Notes: a model not told the origin generated them from the letters alone. A stretch of DNA of 63,907 bases, filler included, from Rhabdomonas costata (GCA_019059605.1; 49 parts of 49 records of this genome joined end to end with filler, not necessarily neighbours in it); one strand, 5' to 3'. Shown: positions 1-12,457, numbered from the whole stretch's first letter. A program made the numbers and translations.

Positions 1-530
1 GTTTGTTGGTTATTTTTTCTTTCGTATTCTGAATGAGAAAATAACCAACTGCATGCTACCGCGGGCACGGGCTCTGGGCACTCTGGCTATATGAGGGTGT
101 GGGCTTTTGGATGACATCCCCCTGCTTTTTTTTTCGACTGAGGAACGTGTGCTACGGTCCGCGTTGCTCGTGGGCTCTCATTTCCGGTTCATTTCGTCTC
201 TATACTTTTCGCCATGGGCACCATGTTGTGTCGGCGTCTGGATGTATCGTATTCTACCCGAACCGAACGGTAGCAGTGCAGAGGGAGAAGGACTCCAAAG
301 CTTTTGCATGGCTTCAAGGCTGAGATCTTGCAGGGGGGGGGGGTTCGATTCCAAATACAAATGTAAACGTAACCAACCGGCATTCTGGGCTAACTCCAAA
401 GGGGTAGCAAATTGAATCGCAAAGGAGCTTCTCCCCTCGGAGGCCTTTCTTGATATTCTCTGCGATTGCTCTGACTCTCATTTAGAGATTAAGTGAAATG
501 CAAGCCCAATCGTTGCGCATCACGTCCTTA

Positions 531-788
531 TCACCATTCTACCATTCTAGAGCGTGCCAAAATTGACGCCTGCGCTGTGGCCCAACCACCATACTTCCCA
601 AGCTGAATCTGCTTCAACCCTTGCTCGTCTGTCACACGGTTTTGATGGAGGAGTTGGAGGTCAAGGAGAAATGCAACCGCAGTAGACTGTGTTGTACGGG
701 CCAGTGGTAGTGGGAGTGCTTGGGATGGGCCGGAAGCTCCCGTTGAAAGCCGTGCCCATTCCGGTGCCCCATTCGGTGTTTCGAGGGG
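531..788 (-). CDS. Probable terminal exon of a hypothetical protein (PLETPNG...RMVEW*)
   Basis: TTGCAG acceptor, open frame, TGA stop; no recognisable family. Confidence 0.35.
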   Translation of the reverse strand, partial: PLETPNGAPEWARLSTGASGPSQALPLPLARTTQSTAVAFLLDLQLLHQNRVTDEQGLKQIQLGKYGGWATAQASILARSRMVEW

Positions 789-1199
789 CTGCAATGACAG
801 TGGGAGGCCCTGCCTGCCCGGCCCCGCCTGCTGTTAGAAGTCAGAATCCTCCGCCCACTCCCTTGTTCCCCATTTCCTGAATTCCTTTTTTTCAGCTTTG
901 AACCTGCACAACGCAGCCTTTTTGTTTTATTTCTTCCTCACGCCTCCCCCCCGACCGTACGTTGGCTTCATCAGTTTTCGTCCACGCATCCTCCTTTGAA
1001 TCAAAATTAACTTGGAACTTGGGTTCAGTATTTCGCTGTATTTCCTTCCGTTCCCTCCCCATTTCGCCATAATTTATTATCAATCTCCACCCGTACAATT
1101 ATAAATATTTATAAACTCAACTGATGGCCTACCGCTCCGTGGAGCTGCCCGTCTCTCTGCGTGGCGAGGTGCATGTCCTTTCATCTGTGTCCACCACAC

Positions 1200-1299
1200 N
1201 NNNNNNNNNNNNNNNNNNNNNNNNNNNNNNNNNNNNNNNNNNNTTAATTAATTAANNNNNNNNNNNNNNNNNNNNNNNNNNNNNNNNNNNNNNNNNNNN
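1200..1299. other. Artificial contig spacer N44-TTAATTAATTAA-N44, repeated 48 times (first copy shown); separates 49 independent ~1.2 kb contigs
   Basis: Identical 100-nt block with a six-frame stop palindrome about every 1306 nt; the sequence on either side is unrelated. Confidence 0.99.
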
Positions 1300-1309
1300 G
1301 GTGGGGTGG

Positions 1310-2130
1310 TTGCCACATTTGCAAACTTCTAGAATAATTGATGGTAGAATCAGCAAAGTACGAGAAAACGTCCGACGTTTTTGACGTTCCGGTGGTCGGC
1401 CAATACGAGATTGACTGCAAGTTTTCCGGCACTATGCGAAAGAGCTCTTCTTCAGTTTCACAAAGAGCTGCTCTCGGCGGAGGCAATCAAGAACTCTCAG
1501 GATGTGGTTCGGGTGCTCCTCGTAGATTTCCTAAAAGACAACAATTTTGTCGACGCAGACGTCGTAAATTCTGTCATGTTGGCAAATGCAAAGTCCACAG
1601 TTCGCTGGAACGTGGTTGTGGCATTTGATAATATGAATGTAATCACTGTACATTTGAACGAGACGAAGTTTGTCTGTAATACTGTTGTGTGATAGTCCCT
1701 AAAGAGGATTCTAATCTGGTGAAAACTACTCGACACGTCCATCTTCGTGAATTATCAAGATGCCTCTAAACGTTTCATCATCTCATTGATTCTCGGAAGC
1801 GGGTTCTTGCCATTGACCGTTCGATTGGATTTGTCGTATTTGTTCAGGAGCATGACGCTCCCTTCTAAGTGACTCGTAGACGGTTGGATTCCACCGGCTT
1901 TTATCAACCAATCAATCAATCATTCTATGGGATTTTATCACATCGCTTCTTCCGTACCACTGTATGATCAATGCGAGACATCCGGTACAACCGGTGTGCA
2001 AGCGGCTTCTTACTGGGTTCAGTGTGAATTCTGTAGTTCGTGTGGGAAGTCCGGCTGGAAGCTTCTCTGGAAAGACGTCTCTGAAATCCTCTAGTCGAGT
2101 GATCTCCTCTGGTGGTGAAAGGCTGTACGT
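1310..2130 (-). mobile_element. Degenerate Ty3/Gypsy LTR-retrotransposon pol (reverse transcriptase) fragment
   Basis: Minus-strand translation gives EDFRDVFPEKLPAGLP ... KNPLPRINEMMKRL ... FTKMDVSSSFHQIRI ... LSNATTTFQRTVD ... EEHPNHILRVLDCLRREQLFVKLKKS, which follows the Gypsy RT motif order; stops and frameshifts present. Confidence 0.85.
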
Positions 2131-3914
2131 GATTTACTTTGGAGAGTGGTGTCGGATTATTTCAATCAGTGTTCCAGACTCTTGACGATATCTGTGCGCT
2201 CCTCTGGTGTAAGGAATATTTCTTCACTGTGGTCTACCCCATTCAGCTGTAGCAGCGAGCGTCGACTAATTTGGCTCCAATATGGGCGGTTGGTAAACAG
2301 GCGCTAATGTTTCGGTGGAGTTTTCATCCTGGAGCGAGGAAACCTGCTCTCCGGGCTCCTGCTGACCTGCAGCGAGCTCTTCCTCGGGCTTACTGCCCAT
2401 CCCTCCTCCATCCACATGCTGCCCCTGACCTCCTTGACCTTGGCCGAGCTCAGGCTTTGTAAGAGGCATCCATCAATTTTTGAACTTATGCCCCACAACC
2501 CCCACCNNNNNNNNNNNNNNNNNNNNNNNNNNNNNNNNNNNNNNNNNNNNTTAATTAATTAANNNNNNNNNNNNNNNNNNNNNNNNNNNNNNNNNNNNNN
2601 NNNNNNAGCTATATTGTGGAAGGGAGCCGTTAGAGAGATCGGTCGTCGGTCGTCAGAGAGACGCCCTCCACCCTAGCAGTGGAGTGTGTAACGGCTCAGG
2701 ACACGCAGGAGAGCCTTCGAGTGGATGAAAAAGGTAAAGAACACGTTGGTGTTCGCCGTCGTGAGAAATTTCAGAGTCATTTTCGACGGAGAGTAGAAAG
2801 AGTGGTCGATATACGAGATTTGAGTGGAATGGTTGACCAGCTAAAAATTGGAAGTTCAGCACTTGAGTTGAGAAGAGAGGAGAGTGTTGTTGCTGCAAGA
2901 GCAGAGATAAATTCTGTTGGTGAGATGGGACTTCAGAAAAGCTCAAGAGTTGATGAAGTAGTGGTGCATTTGGATAAAGCAATTGGAGGAAGTCACGGAA
3001 GATATATGGGACCAGTTGAATGGGAGAGAACTAGCTTGACCTAGTTGATGAAGAAGGGGAAGCAAGAGCAAGAACATCTGACCGAGGCAAGTCGGGAAAA
3101 AGCACAACCCGAGTATATGACACCCTGCCCGGCAGAAAAGCAAAGCGAGAGAGGGAAAGGGGAGAGAAGGTCGAACCGGAGAGAGAGAAGGGCAAGACCA
3201 TCGAGCGAGACAGTGAGAGAAAGGATTGGGAAGGAAAGTGGAAAAGACGCGAAAAGCAGGAAGGCACGGCAAGCGAAAAGCACAGGAGAAAGGAGAGCAG
3301 CCAGCGAGCAGAGAGGAGAAGAGATAAAGCGCACCCGAGATATAAGATGGGAGCGCACGCGGAGTTTGATGTGCAGCCTCCGACAGAGCCAATGTTGACC
3401 TAGGGGGGCTTCAAGAACGACGGCGAGAAATGTGACGAGATAGAAAGGGAGAGACAATAAAGGAAGTGCGAGCAAACTAATAAACGAAAACAAACAAGCG
3501 GACAAACAATAGCAAAAAGGAAAGTTGCCGAACTGACCACTGAAGCAATGAATACGAGAGCCTTCTTGGAAGCAAGATACCAACCAGGAAGGTTACAGAA
3601 GGACCATGCTGTTGAAGTGATAGGCACAGTCACAGCGAAAAATAGGCAGAAGGAATCCAAATATCGAATCCAAAACCAACATCCCCGCTCTTGACAGCCG
3701 CTGTTCTGTGCAGATTTCTTTTGCTGAAGAAGTCCCCTGTTTGTTTTATTGTCACCGTGTGTAGCGGTAGGGCACACGCGGAAGTCAAGAATCAAAGCCC
3801 GAGAAACCAACACANNNNNNNNNNNNNNNNNNNNNNNNNNNNNNNNNNNNNNNNNNNNTTAATTAATTAANNNNNNNNNNNNNNNNNNNNNNNNNNNNNN
3901 NNNNNNNNNNNNNN

Positions 3915-5022
3915 TGTGTGGTGGTGAGGAACATGGCAACCCGCTCCTTAATCGCAGGGCTCGCGGGAAGTGGGGCATCCTATGTAAATGGGGTGTGTGC
4001 ATTCGCGTTTGGTTGACAGGATGAGCTGATCAGTAGTGTGCGCGTTTGGGTTCCTGTAAGTGATGTCTGGATTGTGTGTGTGGTTGCATGGGACATATGA
4101 AATTGGAGGAGCAAAGATCTGCTTTCGGCTTCTGCAGTCCACTTCCTTCCAGGATAACACTTCTCCTCACAGAAGTTCGATTTCTTCTGAACCGTCACCG
4201 TCTCATACAACACCGTGAAAAGTAACCCGTGAAACCCACCTCAAATATTGTTAGATAGACGGGTGGGGCTGCGTCAGTGAGCAGGGGTGCGCCCACTGCT
4301 CACTGACGCAGCCCGACCAGTCTATCTAACAGCAGATGAAAAACTCCTCGCTATCGGCGATGGCCTCGACAAACAACGCGGAGAGGGTGTCGAGCTGCCC
4401 GTGCTTGCGGCACACGTTGGCAATGTTCTGCTCCAAGCTGCGGTGGACAGACAACGGCGCTGAACCACGCACCATAAAGATTTGTCACGCTGTGTGAGAG
4501 CAAAGCAACCGCACCGCACGGGCCTGGAAATAAAAGTGGAGAAGAGGAGATCGAATTCCCTAGTGTTCGGAGGTGAGAAGCGCCAGAAGCCAACATTCGA
4601 TGGGAGAAGGGGAAACTCCCGCGGCAAGAGCTCAGCCCGGAAACCTGGACAGGGCGATCAGGACGTCCAGGGCTACCAGCTTCACCGCTTCCGAGGGGCT
4701 GCCCAGGAACCGCAAGATGTCCAGCACTGGGGCACTTCCAATCACTGTCGCAAAGAAAGACAGAGATTGGGTGCAGCAGCAACATTTTCGCAGTACGTTC
4801 CCCATAAGCAGCGGGGCAGGACTGGGGCTACCGGTTTTGCCTCGCACCTCCTTCCTGGTGTGCATGAACCATGAGACATACATTCACGACCGCTGCGGAA
4901 CCCATTCCCCTTTTCTTTTGTACCAGAGGGCTCGTAGCTCCAAAACATGAGCGTCTCGTCGAGCTTCTTCAGTGGGGATCCCTCGGACGGGCGCTGCAGC
5001 AGCAGTACCTCCGCTGCACCGG
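3915..5022 (-). CDS. Multi-exon helical/ARM-like hypothetical protein; exons 5022-4924, 4744-4645, 4437-4332, (4248-4240), 3979-3915
   Basis: The first two introns are phase-consistent GT-AG (…WSYEPS/VIGSAPVLDILRFLGSPSEAVKLVALDVLIALS/SLEQNIANVCRK…EEFFIC); continuation requires removing the 4249-4331 hairpin. Confidence 0.6.
4249..4331. repeat. 83-nt hairpin (36-bp stem, 2 mismatches); candidate nonconventional intron
   Basis: TGTTAGATAGAC-gggtg-GGGCTGCGTCAGTGAGCAG ... CTGCTCACTGACGCAGCCC-gacca-GTCTATCTAACA. Confidence 0.9.
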
Positions 5023-7153
5023 CTGTGCAGAAAGACAGGGGGGGGGGGAAGGTCAATTCAAGGCTTGCCAGATCTCGCAATGGAAGGCAGACAGGCAAGC
5101 TGCAGGGAAGATGGGAGCGGGNNNNNNNNNNNNNNNNNNNNNNNNNNNNNNNNNNNNNNNNNNNNTTAATTAATTAANNNNNNNNNNNNNNNNNNNNNNN
5201 NNNNNNNNNNNNNNNNNNNNNGTGGTGGAGAGCTGGGAAACTGCACGGGAGCTGAGACTACTGCACAGTACCAACGCAGAGAGTATAAATGCAGTTTACT
5301 TATTAGAACTTCGGGTCCTCCTTTTTCCGTTCCGAAAACCTGCAGCTGCTGTGCTCGTGTGTTTGCGATTGTCGCCCAACTCGGTGTGCCCCCGGAGTAT
5401 GTCGCTGTCTGGCCAAGCCACAGGTTTCCCGCACCAGTTTCGAGGAGCATCATCCCCTTGCTCGTCTGATCTCGCGCCCTGGGTCACTCCTTCCGATCTC
5501 TGGCCTCGCAATGCCTCTCCCACTTGTCCCACTTGCTCCCGCCTCTCTCTACTCTCATTCCCGATGCGAACGCGATGCTGCACAACTTGGCAGGCTTGCT
5601 CTTCCCCCTGCCCCCAGCCTGCAGGTTGGGACAAGGTCCGGAAAACGCTTGCTCCCGCTTGCTCCTGGACCTTGACCATTTTTTAAAAAAAATTTCGCGA
5701 ACCCATCATTGGGGTGGCGTCTCCCTCCGGGTCGCTTTTTTCATCTTTTGTTGTCGCCAGTGCTGAGCTAAAGGGCGAGAGTACCCTTGCCGAGCACGCC
5801 CAATAAATTACAGCAAGAAGAGGGGGTGCAGAGGGTGGGGAAGTAGCCCGTACCTTGACCATCAAGACGATCGGGATCCTTCCTCGCGGAGAAGGGCGGC
5901 AACGACGTTCCCGGTGTCAGCTGATCTCCTACCGAGCCTTGCTGCGATCGAGTCGAGAGGTCCTTCCGGATCAGTTGCAAGCCCGCCTCATCGGGTTGAC
6001 GAAGTCGTCTGCGAACCCCCCAGCATTGGAAGCTCACTGGGAGAGATCCTAGGGTGCCCTACCACATTCCGACTGAGATGGGAGGAGCGACGAGCTGCCA
6101 CGTAGCAGCGCAAGACTCGGCGCACGCTGTGCAAGTAACACGCCCGCGGGTTCGAAGCCCCATTCCATATGCAAAAAGTAACACCCTTCCTGGATCTTAG
6201 GTCACTCAATAAGACATGGCCTACACCCCTCCCTCCCTCCAGTTCTTCCTTGACTCTTCGCTGTCTTGGACCTTTCCCACGCTTCAGACTTGCTTTTCAC
6301 CAAGTTGGATGTGAGTAACTATCTGGTTACTTTCTTGTCCCTCCTTCACCCGCCATCGGTGAATGGCTGCTTCACGTTCTCTGCCGGCGCCTCCCTTTTG
6401 GGTGGTCGTGGTCGCCCCTATTCCCCAANNNNNNNNNNNNNNNNNNNNNNNNNNNNNNNNNNNNNNNNNNNNTTAATTAATTAANNNNNNNNNNNNNNNN
6501 NNNNNNNNNNNNNNNNNNNNNNNNNNNNGGTATCATCACTGGCACAATGCCCACAGACCCCGCTGGACGCCTGCAAGGGATCACGATTGCGATTTCACAC
6601 GCCCCAGAGCCCAGACGAACGAACTCGAGAAGCAAAATCAGACACGTCAAAAAGCAATGGTGCACAGCCCACGTGCGCTAATTCAAGGGATGATACAAAA
6701 TGCGCCCAACTCCGTGCACCCCAAGGGGGCTGCAGAGAAGGAGGCCGTGCGGACGAAGGGGGTGGAATAGAAACCGTGGAGAGCAGAACGCAAGGGGCAA
6801 CCTCACATGGGTGCTTGTGCGTTTGCTTTGTTGGGGTTAGCCGTCAGCGTGGAGGCCGACATAGGTGAAAGAAGGAGAAAAAGAAAACAGTGACGCCGGA
6901 GGCGTGCAATACACAGGGGAGGTCTCCTGAACAAAGTTGCAGAGAACCCCCCACAGGGGCCGCGGGACAGGAGAACTAGAACTGGCAACACACACCCCAA
7001 GAATACCCGGCGGGCCCCAAACCAAACGCTCTTTAAAAAGGAGAGTATGGGGAGGACTGGAGAGGGCTCTCCCAACGAAAGCAGAAGGACGAGGAAAGAC
7101 ACGTTGGGCAGCAGGCCGCTTGGCTCAGCAAAGGGAGGCGGCCCCCACGCCCC

Positions 7154-7362
7154 TCACAGGGAGTACATCGTGGCCGCGGCCACGGGCATGGCCACGGCAG
7201 CAGGTGGCGGTGGTGGTGGCGGTGGTGGCGGCGAGGGGCCACCACCACAGCTGGGGCCACTGGGGCTGCTATCGGGACGGGAGCCGCCGCGACCACAGGC
7301 GGGGCCAGTACTGGCGCAGGAAGCACCGGCTCGGCAACAACTGCTGGGGCTGGCACGAACAT
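7154..7362 (-). CDS. Short Pro/Val/Ala-rich protein with an apparent 1-nt frameshift (MFVPAPAVVAEPVLPAP...PPPPAAVAMPVAAATMYSL*)
   Basis: The P/V/A composition continues in the shifted frame to TGA; ATG-to-TGA span is 209 nt. Confidence 0.4.
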
Positions 7363-9142
7363 CTTCGCGTGGTACTCACAGAAAGAAGGAGCAAAAGAGC
7401 GCCCCACTGTCAAAGTTTACAGAAACGCGGTGCCCGGGCAGGGCGGGGGAGGGTCGGGGTCCACGCGGGCATGCACAGACCTTTGAAATTCGGAAGAGTA
7501 TTGCCTCAGAATGGGCTTCTATTGCAGTTCACCCCCCCCCATCCAGCAACGTAGCGCCACGGTCCGAACCCACAAAGTAAATCCTGCATAACTTTCTCTT
7601 TTGCATGGGACAAAACAAAAAACAGTCGGTTTCGCGTCAGCCGTACACAGTGGTCTCCTCTTACCGCCCAGGGAAGGGATTCAGGACTGATTGAGAAATC
7701 GAAATATTGATGAACTATGTCACTTGTTTTCTATCNNNNNNNNNNNNNNNNNNNNNNNNNNNNNNNNNNNNNNNNNNNNTTAATTAATTAANNNNNNNNN
7801 NNNNNNNNNNNNNNNNNNNNNNNNNNNNNNNNNNNTGCTTTGGTTCGCTGCCCAGCCAGTTAAATGCCGTTCGGGGCCAGGAAAATTGGAGTTCATGTGA
7901 GTTAGCGCACCGGCAGTGTCCCAACAACACTACCTGACTTGGACCCATGCACCAGCGTATCGTCGTGAGACGATAAAAACCCAAAGCCACCAGCGATTAT
8001 ACACACAAGGTCCAAGGTTTACGTGGCTGCATCGCAGACGCAAAGAAGCCAACAGATCGCTCGACGCCTGGCAGAACGCAAAACCCACAGGTATGATGCA
8101 GTCACAGAAGGGTGGTGTACATTTGTGAGGTACGCAGGGGATGCGCCGCAGGAGGGAAAGGGGGTGGGACAAACCAGAAATGGGGTTCGGAGAAAACATA
8201 TAAAAAGCACTCCTTCCAGAGCAGGAAGGGAGGGTGCATCAGTAGTCTCGAAAATGGCCTGGTACTGCGTTCGGGGGAACAAATATGGGGCATGGGTCAC
8301 TAACTAACGTTTCGGGGCTCCGCGCTCAGTGCACGACACCGGTGACAACCCCATTAGTGCGAAAATCGGAGGATGAGGAGGAGACCACAGGAAGCTCCGC
8401 GAACCCCGCAGGAATCCCTTGGACCACCTTTTGAGTCCAAAAAAACAACAACTCGTGGAGAAAGAACAAGGTCAGCGGCTGTTTTTGAAGCCACGAGACA
8501 TGATTTCGGCGCAGAATCTCGAAACCACAAACACCACATCCCAGTGTCGCACTGTTTGGTGGTTTGACCACAACTTGGGTTGGGTGGTAATTCCATTAAA
8601 GACAAATGTGATCCCCAAAAATGTTTGAACCCTAGCGGCAAACACTACAATGTTCTAACTCTGCGAATCCCTTGGAAGTATTCATAAAAAAAATCGAGCT
8701 CAAATCAAAACGTCGCCTCAGCTGCTGAAAAGCACAACGGAAACCTCGAAAACCTGAGTTAGCTCAGATAACACATACCCACTTGGGCAATCCCAACTTA
8801 TAATCATGCATTGCTTCCTAACTTCCAGACAGAGGTACACCGCGGCAAAAAGAAAACCTGTCTCTGTGCGCCAGTGTACAGCTCCGGGGGGACCACCTGG
8901 ATCCGCATCACAGTGGAGTTCTCCGCGCTGTCCCCAGGGGCCGGGTACACCAAGCACTCCAGCGTAACCCCCTCCCGAGCACTTGCACCAGAAGCCGTTG
9001 GGTTGGAGGACCGCCTATGGTGCACATGCTGCACCCACAACCNNNNNNNNNNNNNNNNNNNNNNNNNNNNNNNNNNNNNNNNNNNNTTAATTAATTAANN
9101 NNNNNNNNNNNNNNNNNNNNNNNNNNNNNNNNNNNNNNNNNN

Positions 9143-10349
9143 GGGGTTTGGGGCTGACCCTGGTCGACGCCCTGGACAGCCTCTGGCTCATCGGGGCGCA
9201 CGAGGAGTTTGCGGAGGTCCGTTCTCATCATCACAGCACTTGCTGGCCTTCACACGGCCGCATACGCAGAGAGACAGAGTGTGTGTGTGTGTGTGTGAAA
9301 ACAGGTAAACGGCTTTCAAATGGGCATCGACTGCGCTCTAGGCAAATCATTCAAACAACATACACTCAATTAACACATACGCAAGCGCATCGTTGTTGTT
9401 TCTTCTTCCTCCTGACTTCGTTTCTTCGGTTTTATTCGGCGCCATCATCCCAAATTTCACAACAAACAAGCGAAATTGGAACTGTGTGAAATGGGCTCCC
9501 CTTCTTTTAATTGCTCCTGAATAAGGACTTGGTACTGCTGCGAAAGGAGGCAATGCACCATGGAAAAGAGAAACAGTACGGAAGCAGACGACAGCCGCGG
9601 GCGAGCAAGCGCAGAAGGCAACGGACAACCACAGTGACGGCGCTTGGGCTAACACTCTTCGGACTCAACACACCACACACCACAGCAACCAGGCAACCAG
9701 GCAACAGCCAGCGCGCAATGCGGCCAATGCACACACCACAGCAAAAGAGAAGGGCAGCCCTGTGTGGATTTTTGCTGCCCAGGCTAAGCAGTGGGTCCGC
9801 TCGAGTCTCAACTTCGACATTGACGCCTACGTCAGTGTCTTTGAGACTACCATTCGCGTCCTCGGGGGCCTGTTAGCAGCCTACACTTATGATAATGGTA
9901 TTACCCGGACCCTCTCTCTTTCTCTCTTTTCCCTGACGTGTTTTGCTCTTTTACGGGATTAGTTGCGTTGGATTTCACCTCACATGTTTTGTGTTTTCTC
10001 AGAAGTTCACAATTGCGGAAGTGATGGCTTGAGACCCATCCATGGTGACTTGACGTATCCGTCTTGTTAAGTGACCGCGGCAATATTGCTAACTGGCGGT
10101 CTCGTGCATCCCGTACAGCTCAGTCAACGACACCCTGCCCCCTCCCCCTCTCCCGAAAGCCGAAATAGCAAGTTCGCTTCCTGACTGGGCATAAGTAAAT
10201 ATCAACTTGCGTTTGCGTTTGGCCTTTTCTGCTTTATTGGGGGGTGGGCTCTCAGACTATGTTTTTGTGGAGAGAGCTCGGGAGCTGGCGGACCGCCTGC
10301 TGCCCAGCTTCCAGCACAGCGCTTGTGGGGTGCCGTACTCCCACAACCC
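9143..10349 (+). CDS. Class I alpha-1,2-mannosidase (GH47), partial; exons 9143-9216, 9783-9897, 10256-10349
   Basis: [31 protein letters not shown] and [14 protein letters not shown] motifs; phase-consistent GT-AG introns. Confidence 0.95.
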
Positions 10350-11057
10350 NNNNNNNNNNNNNNNNNNNNNNNNNNNNNNNNNNNNNNNNNNNNTTAATTA
10401 ATTAANNNNNNNNNNNNNNNNNNNNNNNNNNNNNNNNNNNNNNNNNNNNTGTGGGGTGGGGACAATTCGCAACTTTGGTCAGTAAAGACGCTATCAATTG
10501 CATTTATGCCCCCCTCCGTAGGGTGGGTCCACCCTATTTGGGGTGTAAACCAGTGCTCTTATGGGCACCTTCCTGAGAGTATGGGGGGTTAGGAGGTGAT
10601 GCACGGGTCCCCTGGTATTCTGATAGTAATTTGCAGGCGGTTACGTGGCGATGAACGGTTCCTACAGCAGAGGTTAGGTGGCGATGGATGGGTTGTAATA
10701 GAGGAATTTGCGCGGGGTAAGGTGGCGATGCCCGTGCTCCCTGCGACACTTTCCAGCATGTCTTGAGCCGCTTGGGCCACGGAGGTCTTAGCTGCTTTCT
10801 CTTGCTGGACATGCATTTTGCGGGGTTCAGGGGGAGGGGCATAAATGCACCTGAGGAGGGCTAAATGCACTTATCCCTCATTAAAGTGCATAAATAACGA
10901 AGAGCTGTCCAAAAGAAACTCACAGCACCCTCTCCTCAAACACCTCTCGGACGAACGCCCTGCCGGATTACATTGTTTAAAAAAAACCTCGTCCACGCCC
11001 TAGACACCCACCCACACCTCCACTGGCCAACGGGCCCTTCCCAGGGAGGAGGGGAGC

Positions 11058-11180
11058 CTTGGAGGCCCACACGGACACCCCACGGTGGCCGCCGTACTCC
11101 AGATGGGACCGAGTGGCACGCTCCCCACTCTCCAGAAGCTCCCGCTCCAGGGCCTCCCGGGCGACCACCGCGGTCACAGA
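11058..11180 (-). CDS. Internal exon of a hypothetical protein (SVTAVVAREALERELLESG...VWASK) with a GC donor
   Basis: CGCAG acceptor, 41 open codons, AAG|GC donor; next acceptor TTTTGGACAG ends at 10905. Confidence 0.5.
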
Positions 11181-12457
11181 CTGCGACGACATACGAGGGA
11201 TCAATCACAAGCTCGAAGGGGTCACCGAATACGTTGATTGAGAGTTTCCGAGGAGGAAGAGAGGGGTCCACAAAAAAGACAATTCACACAAAAAGCTGTG
11301 CTTCTGGCACAGCCTGCAATGATGCGTTTTTACCTTTGCTTCACTTGAATCGCATATGTGCCCATCGCACATTTCTTTTTGGAACTTAATAGTCTCCCTT
11401 CTCTGAACATATTCCCACTGCCACAACTTTCTTTCTATCAGCTTAATTGCATACGCCCTCAATACTTTGCGTCTATTTTTCCCTTCTCCATTTTTTGTCT
11501 TTCATCAACCACTGTAGATTCGCACTGCCTGCAACTCGTATCCATGTCAGCCCGCAATCATGCTGTTCACCAACAAAAAATGGAGAGTTGTCGAGGAACA
11601 ACGGGGTCCAATACACTTGTACCCGCGCAATGTCATTAAAAGGGCAACCCACCCNNNNNNNNNNNNNNNNNNNNNNNNNNNNNNNNNNNNNNNNNNNNTT
11701 AATTAATTAANNNNNNNNNNNNNNNNNNNNNNNNNNNNNNNNNNNNNNNNNNNNTGTTGGTTTGGAAAAAATGACCATGCTTCGATCGGCCAGCGCAAGG
11801 GCCGTCTGGCGTTTCTAATGGTCACAGCCTTGTCCGCTGAAGGTCGGTTCTGTCTTCCCTCGGAACGTGTACGTGCATCCCTCCTTGCCGTCGGAAGAAG
11901 AGAGGACGGGCACAAAGGGACTTCACGCTCCCGTTGTGCTCGTGGTTTTTTTTTACTGCGTTCGCTTGGTCAACTTTAAATCGCACTATTGCACTCTGCT
12001 TGTGTGCGCAAACAAGGCCTTTGACCCTTCTCCCTCTATCTAACGATGCGCGTGGGTTGACATTTGTGGCTGTGGTAGCGTGAATGGGCGTTTGCTTTCA
12101 CCAGTAGTCAGGCGATGCCTTCCCCAAATGGTGCTGACGCCCTTTCATTAGCCGAAGGCTAAAAATGCAAAAGATGCAAAAGACTGCAAAAGATTTAGCC
12201 GCGCCCGATGTTTTCTTCTGTTTTGGGCTGTCCGCTTGTAAGATTTAATCGCAGCGGGACCACGAAAGATCTCTAAGGGGGGGGGGGTCGGTCACCGCCC
12301 TCTGGAAAGAACTCCCCTCCCGGCTTCCGCTTCCGCGGCGGCAGCGAGAAGCTTGTGGTGGGCCCGCAGAAAATGCCCGCGCAGAGTCTTCGAGGGCTCA
12401 GCGGCGGGCTTCGCTTTGGTAGGCTCTGCGGGAGGCGCAGGGAAGTCTTCGGGGAAG

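Noticed and set aside
330-355. GGTTCGATTCC B-box/tRNA T-loop
   Set aside because: No cloverleaf or acceptor stem; preceded by poly-G
1244-1255. Regularly spaced TTAATTAATTAA as a CRISPR or biological repeat
   Set aside because: Always embedded in N runs; it is an artificial six-frame stop linker. ORFs ending in XXXLIN are artefacts
2607-3814. Purine-rich ORFs (also contigs 5222-6428, 23516-24722, 27435-28640, 57479-58684)
   Set aside because: Probably decayed TE sequence, but no diagnostic motif could be supported, so left unannotated
11181-11271. Apparent non-AG acceptor before KLSINVFGDPF (ORF 10936-11271)
   Set aside because: Another frame gives a cleaner exon with a canonical CGCAG acceptor at 11181
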